The notes: a model not told the origin generated them from the letters alone. DNA of 64,000 nucleotides from Camelus dromedarius (GCF_036321535.1 NC_087437.1:76696001-76760000), one strand, 5' to 3'. Numbered from the stretch's first letter, positions 39,042-53,522 are shown. Translations and numbers: made by a program.

Positions 39042-40719
39042 AATTTATGTTTTGATGCTTCTGCCTGCTTCTGGACTCAGAGTGAGGAGGCCTGCAGCTT
39101 GAGGTCTACTTGCCACTTGATGTTCCTCTTCTATTTTCTGTTCACAGAAATATTTTCTTAATTTCTTGAAGGCATTTGGATTTAGTTATAATTGGTTTAA
39201 ATATGTATATCCTGGGCCATATGTAAATAACACATTTTTATAGCAATCTTTGATGCTTATTTTTATGATACATAATAAAATTATTTTGAAAATGATGAGA
39301 ATTAATTGACTATAGTTGCTGTGTTCAGGAAAAGTTTAAATTGCATACTACTTTTTAAAAAATACTTTCCCATACTCTTTTTCAATGTAATTACCCCTAG
39401 AGGTATCTCATTACACATCCTTGGATAACTTTCTTTCATGTATTATCTAAATACTTCAATATGATATAGTGAAAGAAGCAGAGATTTTATTGTCAGGCAA
39501 AAAGTAGGTTCTCATCTCAGTTTCTAAATTGTGTTCTCTTTCTGAAAACAACATCACTTCAAATATGAAAGAGAAATTAGATCAACATGCAATATAATCC
39601 TTATCCAACCTTATTTCATAAAAAGACACAAAGTACTGTACTTAGCATGAAGGTCTTCATTTATTTATTCATCTTGTGATCATGGCAGGAATCTAGTTAA
39701 ACTTTGTAGTTTCCATCTGAGCCGAGGAGATCCAGCTGCAAAATTCTCAGCAAAGAGCACCTACGAGTTGATAAGGGATGACACTGCAGAAAGTCTATTT
39801 GTGATGTTAGCTCTAAACCTATCGCTTTCACACTTTTCACCTTTTTTTTTTCTAATACGCTGCTTTTATTTATTGCTGATATTCACCTAGCAAGTGAATG
39901 CATTCATAGGTCAAGGGAAATGTTAATATCTCACATGATTTAATTTTAGATGTGTCACTTTTCTTAAAGAGACTTGGCTATAGAGTAGGTCAGTTTTACA
40001 GAATACGTTCTATTTGAGTGGCAATAATTATCAACTGGTAGAAAAGGATATGGATAAGAAATGGCTCAGCAGAATAATAGTTTAGCATAAAAGCACTTGG
40101 GAGAGCATGTTCCACAGGGTGTGAATAGGTGTTGCCATAAAAAAGGTTTTCATGAGAAAATAATTTTATGATAAAATAAAAGCTTGCATTTAATGATGTT
40201 GAGGATATTTTCTTTTTGACAAGAATTCCCAAGAGGAGGAAATAATAGGCATTATTTTCCAAAAGCAGTTGGCCATGGAACACTTTTCCTAGAGTTTTTG
40301 AGGCTAACATGCCCCACTATGTTGTGCTAGCCAGTCCTTTCTGACTTCTGGGCAGTCACTCTTAGTAGTTTCTGCCTATTCCATACAGGTTGTTAAGTAT
40401 TTTGTGAATCACCTTGTACTGAATACATTTAAAAAATGTCATTTGAAAGGTTGTGTCACTGATGAGTTAAATACTATGTAAGATTGGGGCTATTTATTAT
40501 ATTTGTCTATTTTAAATTGTTTCAGTTTTTTTTTTTGCAAAATAAATTTAACTATGTTTACTGATTTCAATGTGACATATAAAGTGCCAGTCTAGGCATT
40601 ATATTTGTAAGAACACATTTGTTTGAAACTCAGGTAATTCATGTCCAGTAGAAGAATTTTGGAAAACACAGATAAAGAGGAATTTAAAAATTAAACTAAA
40701 AAATAAATTTGAGGTATTT

Positions 40720-40960
40720 CCCACTTCTTCTTTTGATAACTACAGCTAGAACCCCTGGACATTATATATAAAACAGACATAAGAAAACTCTGACAGGTGG
40801 AAGGAGGAAGACAGACTACCCATGAATTTGGAGATCCAAGAAACAATACAGTGGTGAATTCCTTGGGTTTTCTTTTTGCTTCATATATCCCGGATTTGAG
40901 CTGAAGAAGCATGCAACCTGAAACATCAAGGGCAGAGACATAATGAAAGATCCAAAAAAA
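40720..40960 (+). mobile_element. Old L1 5' UTR fragment (L1MC/MD-like)
   Basis: CCCTGGACATTATATATAAAACAGACATAAGAAAACTCTG...GGTGAATTCCTTGGGTTTTCTTTTTGC. Confidence 0.6.
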
Positions 40961-41079
40961 AAGTTGTTTACTCTTTTAAATCACTCAAAACACTGAAATC
41001 TCACAACTTTTCCTCTAAAGAATACCCGTCTTTCAGAAGTCATCAATGAATTCTGTACTGTTAAATTCAGCTCATGTAG

Positions 41080-41490
41080 AACATCAGTTTCCCATTACTG
41101 TTTTAACAAATTATTGCAAAGTTATAAAAACATAAATTTACTATCTTTGGAGTCCTAGAGAGCAGAAGTCTGGAATGAACTGGCCGAGCTACATTCCTTC
41201 TCTTTGGGGGAGAATACCTTTCTTGGTGTTTTCCAGCTTTACAGGTCATCACTATTCCTTGGCTCATCTCTCTTTATCACCTCTCCATCCTCTCTGATAA
41301 GATCTTTCTGCCTCCTACTTACAAGGACCCTTGTGATTGCATTGGGTTTGCCCAGATAATCTAGGAAAATTTCCTATTTCAGAATTAACTTAATCCCACC
41401 TGCAAAGTCCCTTTGTCTATTCACATTTTTCTGAGAATAATACCTGAACATTTTTATTTGGGGGGGGTAGTCATTATTTTGCCTACCAAA
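41080..41490 (-). mobile_element. MaLR solo LTR (MLT1D-like) inserted in L2
   Basis: AAGGACCCTTGTGATTGCATTGGG, CACCTGCAAAGTCCCTTTG, ATTATTTTGCCTACCA. Confidence 0.85.
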
Positions 41491-41494
41491 TACG

Positions 41495-42590
41495 GTTTTC
41501 CTTGGATTCCATGATGCTATACTGCCCTGATTTATATTTCTTAAATAACTGGCCATTTGTTTTTCAATTTCCTTTTCAGGATTTTATTCTGTACTCTTCC
41601 CTTAATTATTGAGGCTACCCAGGTTCTCTTCTTAGCCCTTTTCTCCTCCTGGGCAATTGAGATAATCCTCTATGCGAATCCTAAATATATCTATTGTATT
41701 TCTGACTCTGATATTTAATTTTCACACAAATGACACAACAATATCTCAAATACAGGCTATCCCAAACTGAAATAATTTTTGCACCATCAAAGATGAATCA
41801 TTTTGCACCCTCAGTGAATGCCACCTCTTTGCACCCTTTGGCTAAGTCACAGAGGGATTATCCTTGATTCCTCCATCTGCCTCACTTTCCAAAATTAACT
41901 AGTCCACAAATCACATTAATTCCTCTGTAAAGATCCACATGTACAGCCACTCCCCAATCTAGGTGCCTTTGTCTTTTTTGTAGATTTTGGCAACAGATTC
42001 CCAAATAGTCTTCTATCCAAATTTATTTCCTTTTAATTTGTTCTCCACATTATAGCTCATGACATTTCTATTTAAATTCCTCCAGTGACTTCTCATCGAT
42101 GTTAGGATAAAGATGAAATCACATGCTCAACTTGTGTGAAATCAACTTGACGTGAAAGCTCCTATATATTGAGTTCACTGGCTTTCTCTCTTGTCTCATC
42201 TCTAATTGTATTATTTTACTTCCTTGAATGCACAAATAATGTCTCTGTCTCTTTCTCTTTCTGCCTCTCCCATCTATCTTCCTCCTGAGCCTCCTATATG
42301 CTGCTTATGCTATTTCTTATGTCTAGAAGATACTTTTCTCATCTGTCACCTAGCTAATTTTTATTTCCTTTTCAATTTTCCAACTCTTCGAAGAAGCATT
42401 TTCTGGTTCTGACTTCAGATCAAATGTGTTTTCTTAAAAGCTCCTGTAACACTAATACTCAGTGTACTTTGTTTCAAATTACCTTCCAGCCCTTTCACAA
42501 CTGCCCATAATCAGCAGTAGACTGCAAACACTGTGAAAGCAGGCATGTAGAGTTTGTAATAGATGTTCATTAATTATTTGAAGAAAGAAG
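41495..42590 (+). mobile_element. LINE-2 3' portion
   Basis: TCCTTGGATTCCATGA, CCCAAACTGAA, CCTTGATTCCTCC, GACTGCAAACACTGTGAAAGCAGG. Confidence 0.7.
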
Positions 42591-43017
42591 AAATTAAAAA
42601 TTATAATATTTTATGAAATACTAATAGTGTGTGACATATTGTAAATCTTAATTTCTTTGAAAAATAGATACACTCCATGGGTTAAAGATCTCATGTTTTC
42701 TTAACAAGAGAGGAAGAGAGAAAAAAGAACCAAGATAATCTTTAATCTTACAAGATAAGATATTTGAATTCAGTTTTATAACTGATAGGTTGATATTTTT
42801 TGATATTTTTTAGCATTGATAGCTTTACGTATTCACTGTCGTTATCAAGGAACTTTAATAAAATTGGTTGAGTAAATAAAATTCCATGTTGCTTTTAGAA
42901 TTGACAACTCATTTTGAATTGCCAACTATCTAATTGTGACTACCTGTAAAATTGGGAGAAACACTTGCTGAAGTTAATCTTGATCAAGTCCTATAGCATT
43001 AGGGCCATTAAAGCAGT

Positions 43018-43435
43018 TGACTAAAACAGAAAAAAAATTCAGAAGACTGCAAGTAAGAAAAGGGTTGATTTGGGGTCCTAAGAATTGCAATTTGGGAGAC
43101 AGAGATTTGGAAAAAATCAAAATAGTGTACTTAGAAAGATTCAGGAGCTTATAAAGACAAGTTACAACTTGTTAAAGTTGCCTGGTGATTATTATGATTG
43201 ACTCTGACACAAGTCAGGAAATAATTGTTCTCAAGGAATCATGAATTATTTTGGGGTAAGGGTTTGGTAAGTATCTCAAGTTTCTGGCAGATATTCTGAA
43301 TGCCTTTGTGAGGACAATAGTGGTCCATTCAGGCATAAAAGACTTGCATAAAAGTCACACTTCCTCAGAGGCCTCCTGGCTCTATTTTGAGGGCTCTCTT
43401 AGCAATACCAACTCCATTTTGATTTTCCTTTCACA
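43018..43435 (-). mobile_element. ERV1-type LTR (MER-group)
   Basis: Minus-strand start TGTGAAAGGAAAATCAAAATGGAGTT; AGAATTGCAATTTGGGAGACA block. Confidence 0.65.
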
Positions 43436-44079
43436 AGACAAAATACTGTTGATTCTAATGATAATTAGAAAAGGTTTAGGTTCAGAATTTACATCTTCAC
43501 TTCAATAGTATCCTTCTTCTATAAGTCCTAAACACATCTTAAATTGGGCATTTAAATTTTATGAGCTAAACAGGGGAGTTGTAAATTGTGTGAAAATAAT
43601 CTGTATATTAAAACTGCTAAGTTCTGAACATCTCTGTTCTTTGGTGCCCTGTTTTCTTTGATTTGAAGTTCAGAATGAATGATATTAAGTTTAAAATGCA
43701 AAACAAGAAAACTACAAGAAATATGCTCCAATATAAAAACTGTTCAAAAAGACTAATCATTCTTGAAACTATGTAACTGTTTTGCAGGTGATTTATTCAC
43801 ATGCTTTCTCTAATCACAGATTTTCATACACAGTCACAGAGTAAGATTGTTTCCTTGAGGCAAGAAAGAAATGCAGAGGTCTTGACAAACAAGAGGTTGC
43901 CTTGGGGAAAGGAATTACAGTAAACACTCAGAAGTTCTTCCTTTAACAAGAAAACATTTAAAAATAAACATAAAAAGGCAAAAAAAAAGAGGTGTGGGTT
44001 ACTGTTTTTTAACCACATAAATTAAAATTTAATCTTTTATTGTTTGGTCATTTAAAAAATGCTTCAGATACATTAAATA

Positions 44080-44568
44080 TGTGGACTAAGAATGCTGCCT
44101 GCCATTTCAGCGAACAAAGGATGTTGTGCTGATCAAGCCCTCAGCCACTACAGCCCCATCCCCAGTGGTGCCCCCTGAGGGGACTCAGGATTGAAAAAGA
44201 ACAGGATACTAGTCCTAGATAGTTAAGGTGCATATCACGGGAATGGTTTCAATAAGCCCAAACTGCTGATTCTTCTCATACATAAAGAAGTGCTAAATTC
44301 ATTAACTTGAGATGATTATATTTCTTTAGTTAACAGTAATCTTTTGATATTCTGACTACCTTTTTTTTTTGTTGTTGTTGTTGTTGTTGTTTTTGTTTGT
44401 TTGTTTTTTTGGCAAAAACTCCTATATATCCAGGCACCTCCCTTACTTCTGCCGAGCAGTTCCTTAGAGCTATCTAAGGATTTCTTCTGGGTTTAAGTCC
44501 TCAGTTTTGTTCTCTGGACAAAACATAATTCTCAACATCCAGGTTTTGCATTTTTTTTCCAGTCAGCA
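44080..44568 (+). mobile_element. ERV1-type solo LTR
   Basis: TG...CA ends, perfect 4-bp TSD AATA, CTATATA box near 44422. Confidence 0.9.
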
Positions 44569-44913
44569 AATAACTGTTCTTAAGCATACTACTTCACTGT
44601 AGATGATTATTCAATCTGAAAAATTTATTTATAAATACACAAACAAGAGTTGTTTAGGTTTGAGAAGTCACTGTAAGAAACTCTAAATGTAAGAAAGAGC
44701 TACAGAAAGGAATCCAGAATACCAAGGGGTCTTTAAAATGAACTAATAAAGGTCAGCTTAGTGGCATAGAGGAAAAGTCATTTAGTTTGAATCAAAATCT
44801 GTATTACCAGTTGGGCAAGTCATTTTTATTTTTAAAAGTCAGTTTACTTATATGTAAAAGAGGTTTCTGCCTGCGGAAGTAGTGAAGATGACAACTGCCT
44901 ATTTCACTTGGTA

Positions 44914-45210
44914 CGGTAGTCCCTTGTTATCCACAGGACCCTCACAGATACCAACATCTGAGGATGCTCAAGACCCTTATACAAAATGATGTGGTATTTG
45001 TATACAACCAACACATACTCTTCCAAATACTTTAAATCATCTCTAGCTTACTTATGATATTCAGTACAATGTAAATGCTATGTAAGTCATTTCTGGTATG
45101 CAGCAAATGCAAGTTTTTCTTTGTGATGTTCTGAAATATTTTTCCAATATTTTCCATCTGTGGTTATTTGAAGCCATGGGTGTGGAACCTTTTATATGGA
45201 AAGATGACTG
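44914..45210. mobile_element. MER2B-like Tigger MITE
   Basis: TA flanks; GGATGCTCAAG, ACTTTAAATCATCTCTAG, GTACAATGTAAATGCTATGTAA. Confidence 0.85.
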
Positions 45211-48200
45211 TATTCTGTTTTTCTGACATATTCTTGAGTCAAAATATCAAGGGGGGAAGAAGTGGGGGCGGGTTTCTCCATGAGAGGCAATAAACATTTG
45301 CTAGACTCCAGTGGTAATAAACAAGGATATCAGTTCTCACATTTGTTTTAAACAGTTGTGAGAAAGCAACGCAAAGTTAGTGTTAGCCCATATTAGCAAA
45401 TGTGTATAACCCCAAGTCTACAGCCCATCTTCAAAATCTGGAATACCTATATCTGTGATTATTATGTAAACAGGTTGGAAGGGGCAGAAATAAAGAATTA
45501 CTGATCTGGAGGAATAGTAAATAGAAAATAAATGCTTAGAGAGATCTGAATGCTGTAAGAAATATTAATGCAGGCCCCATTTGATGATATTTCAGTTAAC
45601 TATCAAATTTTTTCATAGAATTTTTGATATTCTCAGGACAAATCTCTTTAAAATGTCATGGATGACAGCTTTGTAAAACTATGTGAACCCATCATCCTCT
45701 CGAAATGTTAAACATTGATGGTTCTAAAGGAAGTAAATTAAACTCTCTTGAATTTAAGAGGAATTTTGGTGGTGGTTTTTTAACTTAATTCATCACCACG
45801 TAGAGTTCAAAAATTCTTAAAGTGAAAGGAAATTCTTTAAATGAGTTATGCCAATTTTATCTCTTAAAAGAGAATTAATTGGTGTACTAAGAAAAATGTA
45901 AAAGATGGATGAATGAAAAATTAGATACTTAATTGTAGTAAGAAATATTGACAGCGGATTCAGCCAAGAATGGATGGTGTAGACAGTGACAATTTCTCCG
46001 ACTGTGTATTGCTGTTATAAAACATGAATGATTATGTGATCACTTATTTGGCAGCTATGAAAATCAATGCATTCTTTAACCCAAGATCATAGAAAAAGAA
46101 TAAGAAAACAAGAACATTTCCAGATTTTTATTATAATCAGGTCACTCTAGTTTCATATTTCTCTGGGGTTTTCCTTCTTTTCTAATGGTGTTGGAATGAT
46201 TTTCTAATGATTTTAGAAACACACTGAAAATTTTAACGTCATTTTTCTTTTGCCCTTTTCCTCAAGAATAGTCTTAGAGATGTTTTCAACCATGTAAATC
46301 AAAGACCTTGAATAAAATCTATCTCACACCTTCTCTTTGATCCTAATTCCTATGCCCTCAGATGCCTCTGTTCATTTCAGAAAGTAAATGGGCTTTCAAC
46401 TGTGCATTGTCCTTTTCCAATATGACTTTCAAAGACATTAAAATAATGCTTTCCATTTCACTAAAAGTGATTATGCTATGTTTTTTCCCCTCTTTCTCAG
46501 TTATTACACACCCTGAATCATTAAATTTTGTTGTGTATTGATCTTAATTTGGAATATAGCGTTACTTGTGAAATGGTGAAAATCCTAAACTTTTTAGGGA
46601 CTAAGAAATAAAGATTCCAGCCTTGAAGGGAATTGAGGTGTTCAGCATCATAACGATTCCTAACTTCTTAATATATTGTGGTTAATTAAATCATCAACTA
46701 GACATATCCTGTTTATTGCTCTTTTGGATTAAAGTAAATTAAAGCAGAAAGGAAACACAACTTAATTGGCCTTAGATAAGTTGTTACACTGTTACTACAG
46801 CAGTTCTCTTGGAATTTAGTAATCATAATTATGCAAATCTAAATTAGGTAATTATTGTTGTGCAGTTTTTCTTGACTTAAGGGGGAAAATTCATTGGCAC
46901 AATCAGCCATACCATGCTGTGTCAGAAACTTTAAATCAGAAAATTTTTTAGGTAAGTTGTAGAGTACTTTATTATTTACAGGAATATAATTCCCTAAGCA
47001 ACTAACAGAGGAAAAATCTGAAAATACTCCTTGCTTCAATATTTGTTCTTTTTTGTAGTTGCCCAAGTGTTGCTCTGATTTGTCAGAATAAGACTGATGG
47101 AGGGAAGACAAGTCATCATGCATGGATGATTTTTCATCAAAGTAGACACCTGATAAAAGAGGCTCATGGATGGATTCTTGGTTCTTTCAAGAATAAATTT
47201 TGAATAAAATTTCAGTCGATTTTTGGGTTGGCCCATCAGAAGCTAAGTTCAGCCATTTTGTTTCTACTTTTAATATATAAAAAATCATAGGAGAGACTGT
47301 TTCTGCCACAACACACTATATGCATCCCTGGAAATTACAACTACAAAATAGATGAATGCACATTTTGAGAAAAGTTGAGTTAATGAAAATAAAAATTTCA
47401 AACCAAAATACTAACACAAACAATGATAGGTATTTCAGGACGTAACTTGAATAATCTAGGAAGGCAGCTCAGCATGGATGGAGGCTAGCTCAGTAGATAG
47501 AGTAGAATGGCTTGTGGCATCAAGACAGTAGACTGAAGAAGTAGATCTCTGAACCGGTACAGCTTTCACTGAGATGGTCACGGGGAAGAACATGCTGCTC
47601 TGAGGATGGATTTGGCAAAGCTGGAATACTGCCTCTTGGGAGGAGACCTGAGTTGGGCATCATTTAAATCTTTTACAAATAGAATTAATCAACCTGCTTT
47701 ATAGTTCTCCTGATTTCTTCCTCAGTGAGTTAAACAGATTTTTTCACAAGTTTATTTTAACTCAGGTTTTTGAAGTTTGGAAATTGTACTTTGATTGCTT
47801 TGAAGGTTGCACCAAAGATTTCCAAATAAATAAATATTCCAGAGCCATTTAAAAAACTGTATAGCCCGAAAATAAACATCTTTTCTTGGCTCCTGTAGCA
47901 AATGCTGAGCAATAGAACTCTACTTTCACTGACTCTTTGTGGCTCCTCTCCCCCTGAGTCTGTGCTTTTGTTTTTGTTTCTGGTTCTGGTTTCTTACAGC
48001 CTGGAAGTTATTCTTAATTTGCCACCAATGTATGTGACTTTGGTTTTATGGCCTATGTGATGAACTTTTATAGGAAGGGACCTAAACCTATTCTGTTGGG
48101 TGAGAGATGACACAAAATTTTGTTTGTTGATTTCTTGTTAATTCAAGAATACATCAGCCTTCCACTGATTAAGTGAAGAGCATTTTGCGATCCAGATTTG

Positions 48201-48626
48201 TGAGCTTTTGTTCTCTGTTTATTTTAATCCATGACTAAGGGTGCAGAACTAAAGCTAAAATCTGTGTGTCTGTGCGTCTATAATTGTAAAAAGTCTTTAT
48301 CTCTCATTTTGTGTTTGAAATATTCTCTTTTGGAAAAGTAAGTTAATAACTTAGATATAAAGTCTCTTAAAATAAGGAGTTCTGTATTGATTGCTATATA
48401 GAAGCTAATAAAGTTTATGTATGTCTAATATAAGGGAACATAAAATTTCCTGGAGAATAAAGAAACTAAATATCTAATACTTTAGATATGGCACTCTTAA
48501 AAGAAACAAAAACACTAAACACTTTCCACTGAAAATGCTAGTTTAAAAGCACTTTTAAAAAAACCTCAAGAATCCCAACTTTCATAATTAAAGCAAATTT
48601 TTAGACAATTCTAACTAGTTTGACAA

Positions 48627-51600
48627 TGTTGTTTTTTGCTTACCTCTGTTACTAATTTTTTTAAATTAAAGTTTAGTTGATTTGCAATATTATATTAGTT
48701 TAAGATACACAATATAGTAAGTCAACATTTTTATATATTATACTCCACTTAAAGTTATTACAAAATAATGGCTGCATTTCCCTGTGCTGTACAAATACTC
48801 TTGTAATTAATTAATTAATTAATTAATTAATTTTATACATAATAGCTTGGATCTCTTAATCTCTTATTCCTACCTAGCCCTTCACCCCTTCTTCCTCCCC
48901 ACTGGTAACCACTAGTTTGTTCTCTTATCTCTGTAAGTCTATTTCTGTTTTCTTATATTCATTTTTTTTTTTAGATTCCACATATGAGTGATTACATAGA
49001 GCATTTGTCTTTCTCTGACTTATTTCATTGAGCATAATACCCTCTAGGTCCATCCATGTTGTTGTAGATGGCAAAATTCCATTCTTTGTATGGCTGACTA
49101 ATATTCCATTGCATATGTATACCACCTTTTCTTTATCTATCTACTGATGGACAGTTACATAGCTTCCATACCTTGGCTATTGTAAATAATACTGCTATGC
49201 TTTGGGTACATATTCTTTATGAATTAGTGTTTCCATTTCTTTGTATATATACCCAGGGGTGGAATTGCTGGATCATATGGTAATTCTAATGTTGGTTCTT
49301 TGAGGACCCTCAATACTGTTTTCTAATGACAGTGCACCAATTTACATTTCTACCAACAGTATAAGAGGGTTCTCTTTTCTCCACATCTTTGCCAACATTT
49401 ATTATTTGTGGTCTTTTTAATGATAGTCCTTCTAACAGATGTAAGGTGATATTTCATTGTCAGTTTGATTTGCATTTTTCTGATGAATAGCAATGAGAGT
49501 ATCTTTTCATGTACCTGTTGGCCATCTGTATATTTTCTTTGGAAAAAAATGTCTGTTTGGGTCTTCTGCCCATTTTTAATGTTTTTTCTTTGATTTTGAT
49601 ATTAAGTTGTATGAGCTATTTATATATTTTGGATATTAACCCCTGATTGGTCATACCATTTACAAATATTTTCTCCCATTCAAGAAGTTGTCTTTTCATT
49701 TTGTCAGTGGTTTCCTTTGCAGTGCAAAAGCTTACATGTTTAACTAGGTCTCATTGGTTTATTTTTGCTTTTATTTCTTTTGCCTTAGGAGACAGATCCA
49801 AAAATTAATTGACCATAAGTGTGTTGGTTTATTTCTGGACTCTCCATTCTATTCCATTGATCTATGTGTTTGTTTTTGTACCAGTACCATGCTGTTTGGA
49901 TTTGTAGCTTTGTAGTATATTCTGAAGTCAGGGAGCATGGTCTCTCCAGCTTTGTTCTTTTTTCTCAAATTTGCTTTGGCAATTTGGGATCTTTTGTGGT
50001 TCTATATAAATTTTAGGATTGTATGTTCTAGTTCTGTGAAAAATGTTATCTGTATTTTGATAGGAATTGCATTAAATCTGTGGACTGCTTTGGGTAGTAT
50101 GGTCATTTTAACAATATTAATTCTTCTAAACCATGAACATGGGATATCTTTCCATTTCTTTTTATCATCTTCAGTTTTATTCATGAATGTTTTATAGTTT
50201 TTAGAGTATAGGTCTTTCCACCTCCTTGGTTCTTCTCTTAATTTTGTTGAGACTTATTTCGTGGTTTGGCATATGATCTATCCTGGAGAATGTTCTATGT
50301 ACACCTGAAAAGAATGTGTTTTCTGCTGTGTTTGGATTAAAAGTCCTGTAGATATCAATTAAGTACAACAGGTCTAAAGTGTCACTAAAGACCACTGTTT
50401 CCTTACTGATTTTCTACCTGGTTGGTTTGTGCATTGATGTAGGTGGGGTATTTAAAGTCCCTTAATAATATTGACAGTTTCTCCCTTTGTGCCTGTTAAT
50501 ATTTGCCTTATGTAATTAGATCTTCTATATTGGGTGAATATATGTTAATGAATCTAATATCCTCTTCTTGCATTGGTCCCTTTATCATTATTTAATGCCC
50601 TTCTTTGCCTTTTGTTATAGACTTTAGTTTAAAGCCTATTTTGTCTAATATGAGTATGCTCCCCCTACTTTCTTGTTATTACCATTTGCATGAAGTATCT
50701 TTTTCTATCCCCTCACTTAGTTTGTGTGTGTGTTTAGAACTGAAGTAAGTATCTTGTAAGCTACATATAGATAGGTCTTGATTTTTTAATTCAATCATTC
50801 ACGAGATATCTTTTGATTAAAGCATTTGGTTTATTAACATTTAAAGGAATTATTGATTGGTATGTATTTATTGCTGTTTTACTGCTTGTTTCCTGGTTGT
50901 TTTTGTAGTTCTCCTCTGTTCTTCTTTTTGTTTCTTTCTTTATGATTTGATGATTTTCTTTAGCAGTATGCTTGTGTTCTTTCTCCCTAGTTCTTGTGTA
51001 TCTATTTTAGGTTTTTGATTTGTGGTTACCTTGAGGTTCATATATGTTGATCTATAATTGTATCTACTTATTTTAAATGAACAGTTATTTAAGTTCAAAC
51101 ACATTCTAAAAGATCTACATTTTTACTCCCCTTACCCACATTTTCTGTTTTTGATGACATATTTTACATCTTCATGTTTATCCCTTTGCTAATTATTGTA
51201 CTTATAATTGATTTTATACATTTTTGTCTTTTAATCTTTATACTGGCTTATTGAAGTGGTTGATCCTCAGCCTTACTATATGCTTGCCTTTACTAGTAAG
51301 ATTTTTTCTTTCCTATAGATACTTACTTCTTATTATAGTACTTCCCTTTCCAGTTAGAAACGATTCTTTAACATTCTTTTGAGGGTAGGTTTAGTATTGA
51401 TGAACTCTTAGTTTTCGCCTTTCTGAGAAATTCTTTATCTCTTCTTCAATTCTAAGTAATAATTTTGCAAGGTGGAGTATCCTAGGTGGCAGGATTTTCC
51501 CTTTCAGCACTTTGAATGTATCATGCCAGTCCCTTTTGGCCTGCAAAATTTTTGCAGAAAAGTCACTGACAGCCTTATGGGAGTCCCCTTGTAGATCACT

Positions 51601-52608
51601 CTTTGTTTTTCTCTTGTTGCCTTTAGAATTTTCTCTTTAACTTTTGCTGTTTTAATTATGGTATGTCTTGGTGTGGGTCTGTTTGGTTTCATCTTATTTG
51701 AGACCCTCTGTTCTCCCTGGATATTGGTTTCCTTCTTCAGGTTTAGGAAGTTTTCACCCATAATTTCATCGAAAATATTTTCTACCCCTTTATCTCTCTC
51801 TTCTCCTTCTGGACCCCTATAAAGCGAATGTTGGTATACTTCATGTTGTCTCATAGGTCCCTTAAACTGTCCTGTTTAAATTTGTTTTTCTTTTTGCTGG
51901 TCTGGTTGGGTGATTTCCATTATTATTTATTCCAGATCACTTATATATTCTTCTGTACCACCTCGTCTGCTAGTATTACTTCCTTCTGGTATGTTTTTTT
52001 ATTTCAGTTATTGTATTCTTCAGTTCTGACTGGTTCTTTTAAAATATTTTTTAGTTCCAGTGTGGAGCTGTCTTGAGACAAGTGGGGCCAGGGTGGGCAC
52101 TTACTTCAGGCTGGGGCGCCCATTGAGTGGTCACAGGAAATCGGCCAGCATCCCATGCAGTTTTATCTGCCCTCTCTGTTTTGGGAGTGAAGAAGTATGT
52201 GCATGCTCCTCACAAGTGGAGTCCAGGCTTCCCACAGGTCTCCTGTTAGTCCTGGCAGCCCTCCAACCAGCCAAGGGGACACATCTTCCTGGTGTAGGAC
52301 CCCAGGCCTAGTGTGCCCAATATTTGGCTTGAACTGTTCACTCCACAAGGAGGATCTACACCCATGTGACTCCCCTCCTTTTTTGAGTCCCATTCCTGGG
52401 GTGCAGGTCCCAATCTGATTACTTTTCTTCCCTTCCTACCTGATTCTATGTGGATCTTTCTTACAGATTTGGTTGTACCAGAGTCTTTCTGCCAGTCTCT
52501 GGTTAGTTTTTAGTGAACATTTCTCTGTAGATAGATGTATTTTTGATGTGTTCATGGGGGAAGTTGAGTTTTTTGTCTTCCTACTCTGCCATCTTGATCT
52601 CTTGCCTT
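48627..52608 (-). mobile_element. End-to-end L1 with three internal deletions (~3.98 kb)
   Basis: 5' end GATCAAGATGGCAGAGTAGGAAGAC (minus strand); ORF1 RRM (RPTPRHTIIK); EN (TFSRIDH); ORF2 KWKDIPCSW; 3' UTR; TSD CTAGTTTGACAA (48615-48626) / CTGGTTTGACAA (52609-52620). Confidence 0.95.
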
Positions 52609-53111
52609 CTGGTTTGACAAGTTTGGTTTAAATACAGCTATATGTATTTTCTTAAGTCTCATCTGTGTGAATTTTATTTAATCTTTCTAAACTTCTTACC
52701 TTCTTCTTATATACGTCCTAAACTTCTGGTATACCAATTAGATCATGCCATTCCCAAAATGTTTAAGAATTAAAAAAAAAAAAAGGATTCTACTAAATTA
52801 AATACAAAATTCAATAATTTTTATATCAATAGTAATTATCTCCTGGATGCAATAGCCAAAGTATATTTTTTCCAGGATTTTTAGTTAATTTTAGAAATGT
52901 TACATTTATATTAAGTATTGTTATTAATTGATAATCTTTGGACTTGAATAATTTCTAAGCAAGATGAAATACTGAAATATTGGTCATCATGAATGGTTTT
53001 AATATAAATACTTACATATTAAATATATGTGTACATATTTAATATATAATATATGCACATAATATATATTCCCATGTTTCTTCTTTTTATATGTTATAGA
53101 ATTGCTATACC

Positions 53112-53522
53112 TTTGTGTGTGAATATTGCGATATGTCACTCAGATCTTCCTTTTAAAATAAAATATTTATTTGTACAGCAACTGAGATTGCTACTAAAAG
53201 AAGGCCCTTGGCTCGTCTGGAGGATCCCTGACTTGCCGTTGGTCACACTTTCCAGAGGTAGCTTCTATTCAGTGACTAAATGTGGGCATGTGAAGATTCC
53301 TTGTCAACTTGGGACAGCTCTCAATGGCTATCCCAGTTCTGAGATGTGTGGTCACCTGTAACCTTCATTATATCCTGCATCCCAGCTCTAATTTTTCCCC
53401 TGTTCAAGATTCCTTCCTTCCCCTTACTGCCATAGATCTTGATCCAAAAAACACTCCTTGATAATTATTTTTCATGCTCATCTCTGTATCAGGATCTACT
53501 TCATAAGGAATCCAGACTTGGG
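53112..53522 (+). mobile_element. ERVL solo LTR (LTR16-like)
   Basis: CAACTTGGGACAGCTCTCAATGGCTATCCCAG, CTGCATCCCAGCTC, TTGATCCAAAAAACACTCC. Confidence 0.75.

Noticed and set aside
46839..47236. Minus-strand ORFs with a faint CR1 endonuclease-like LILTN motif
   Set aside because: A single short motif with no collinear support.
48925..51854. L1 ORF1/ORF2 pieces as functional CDS
   Set aside because: Broken by stops, frameshifts and deletions; annotated as a mobile element.
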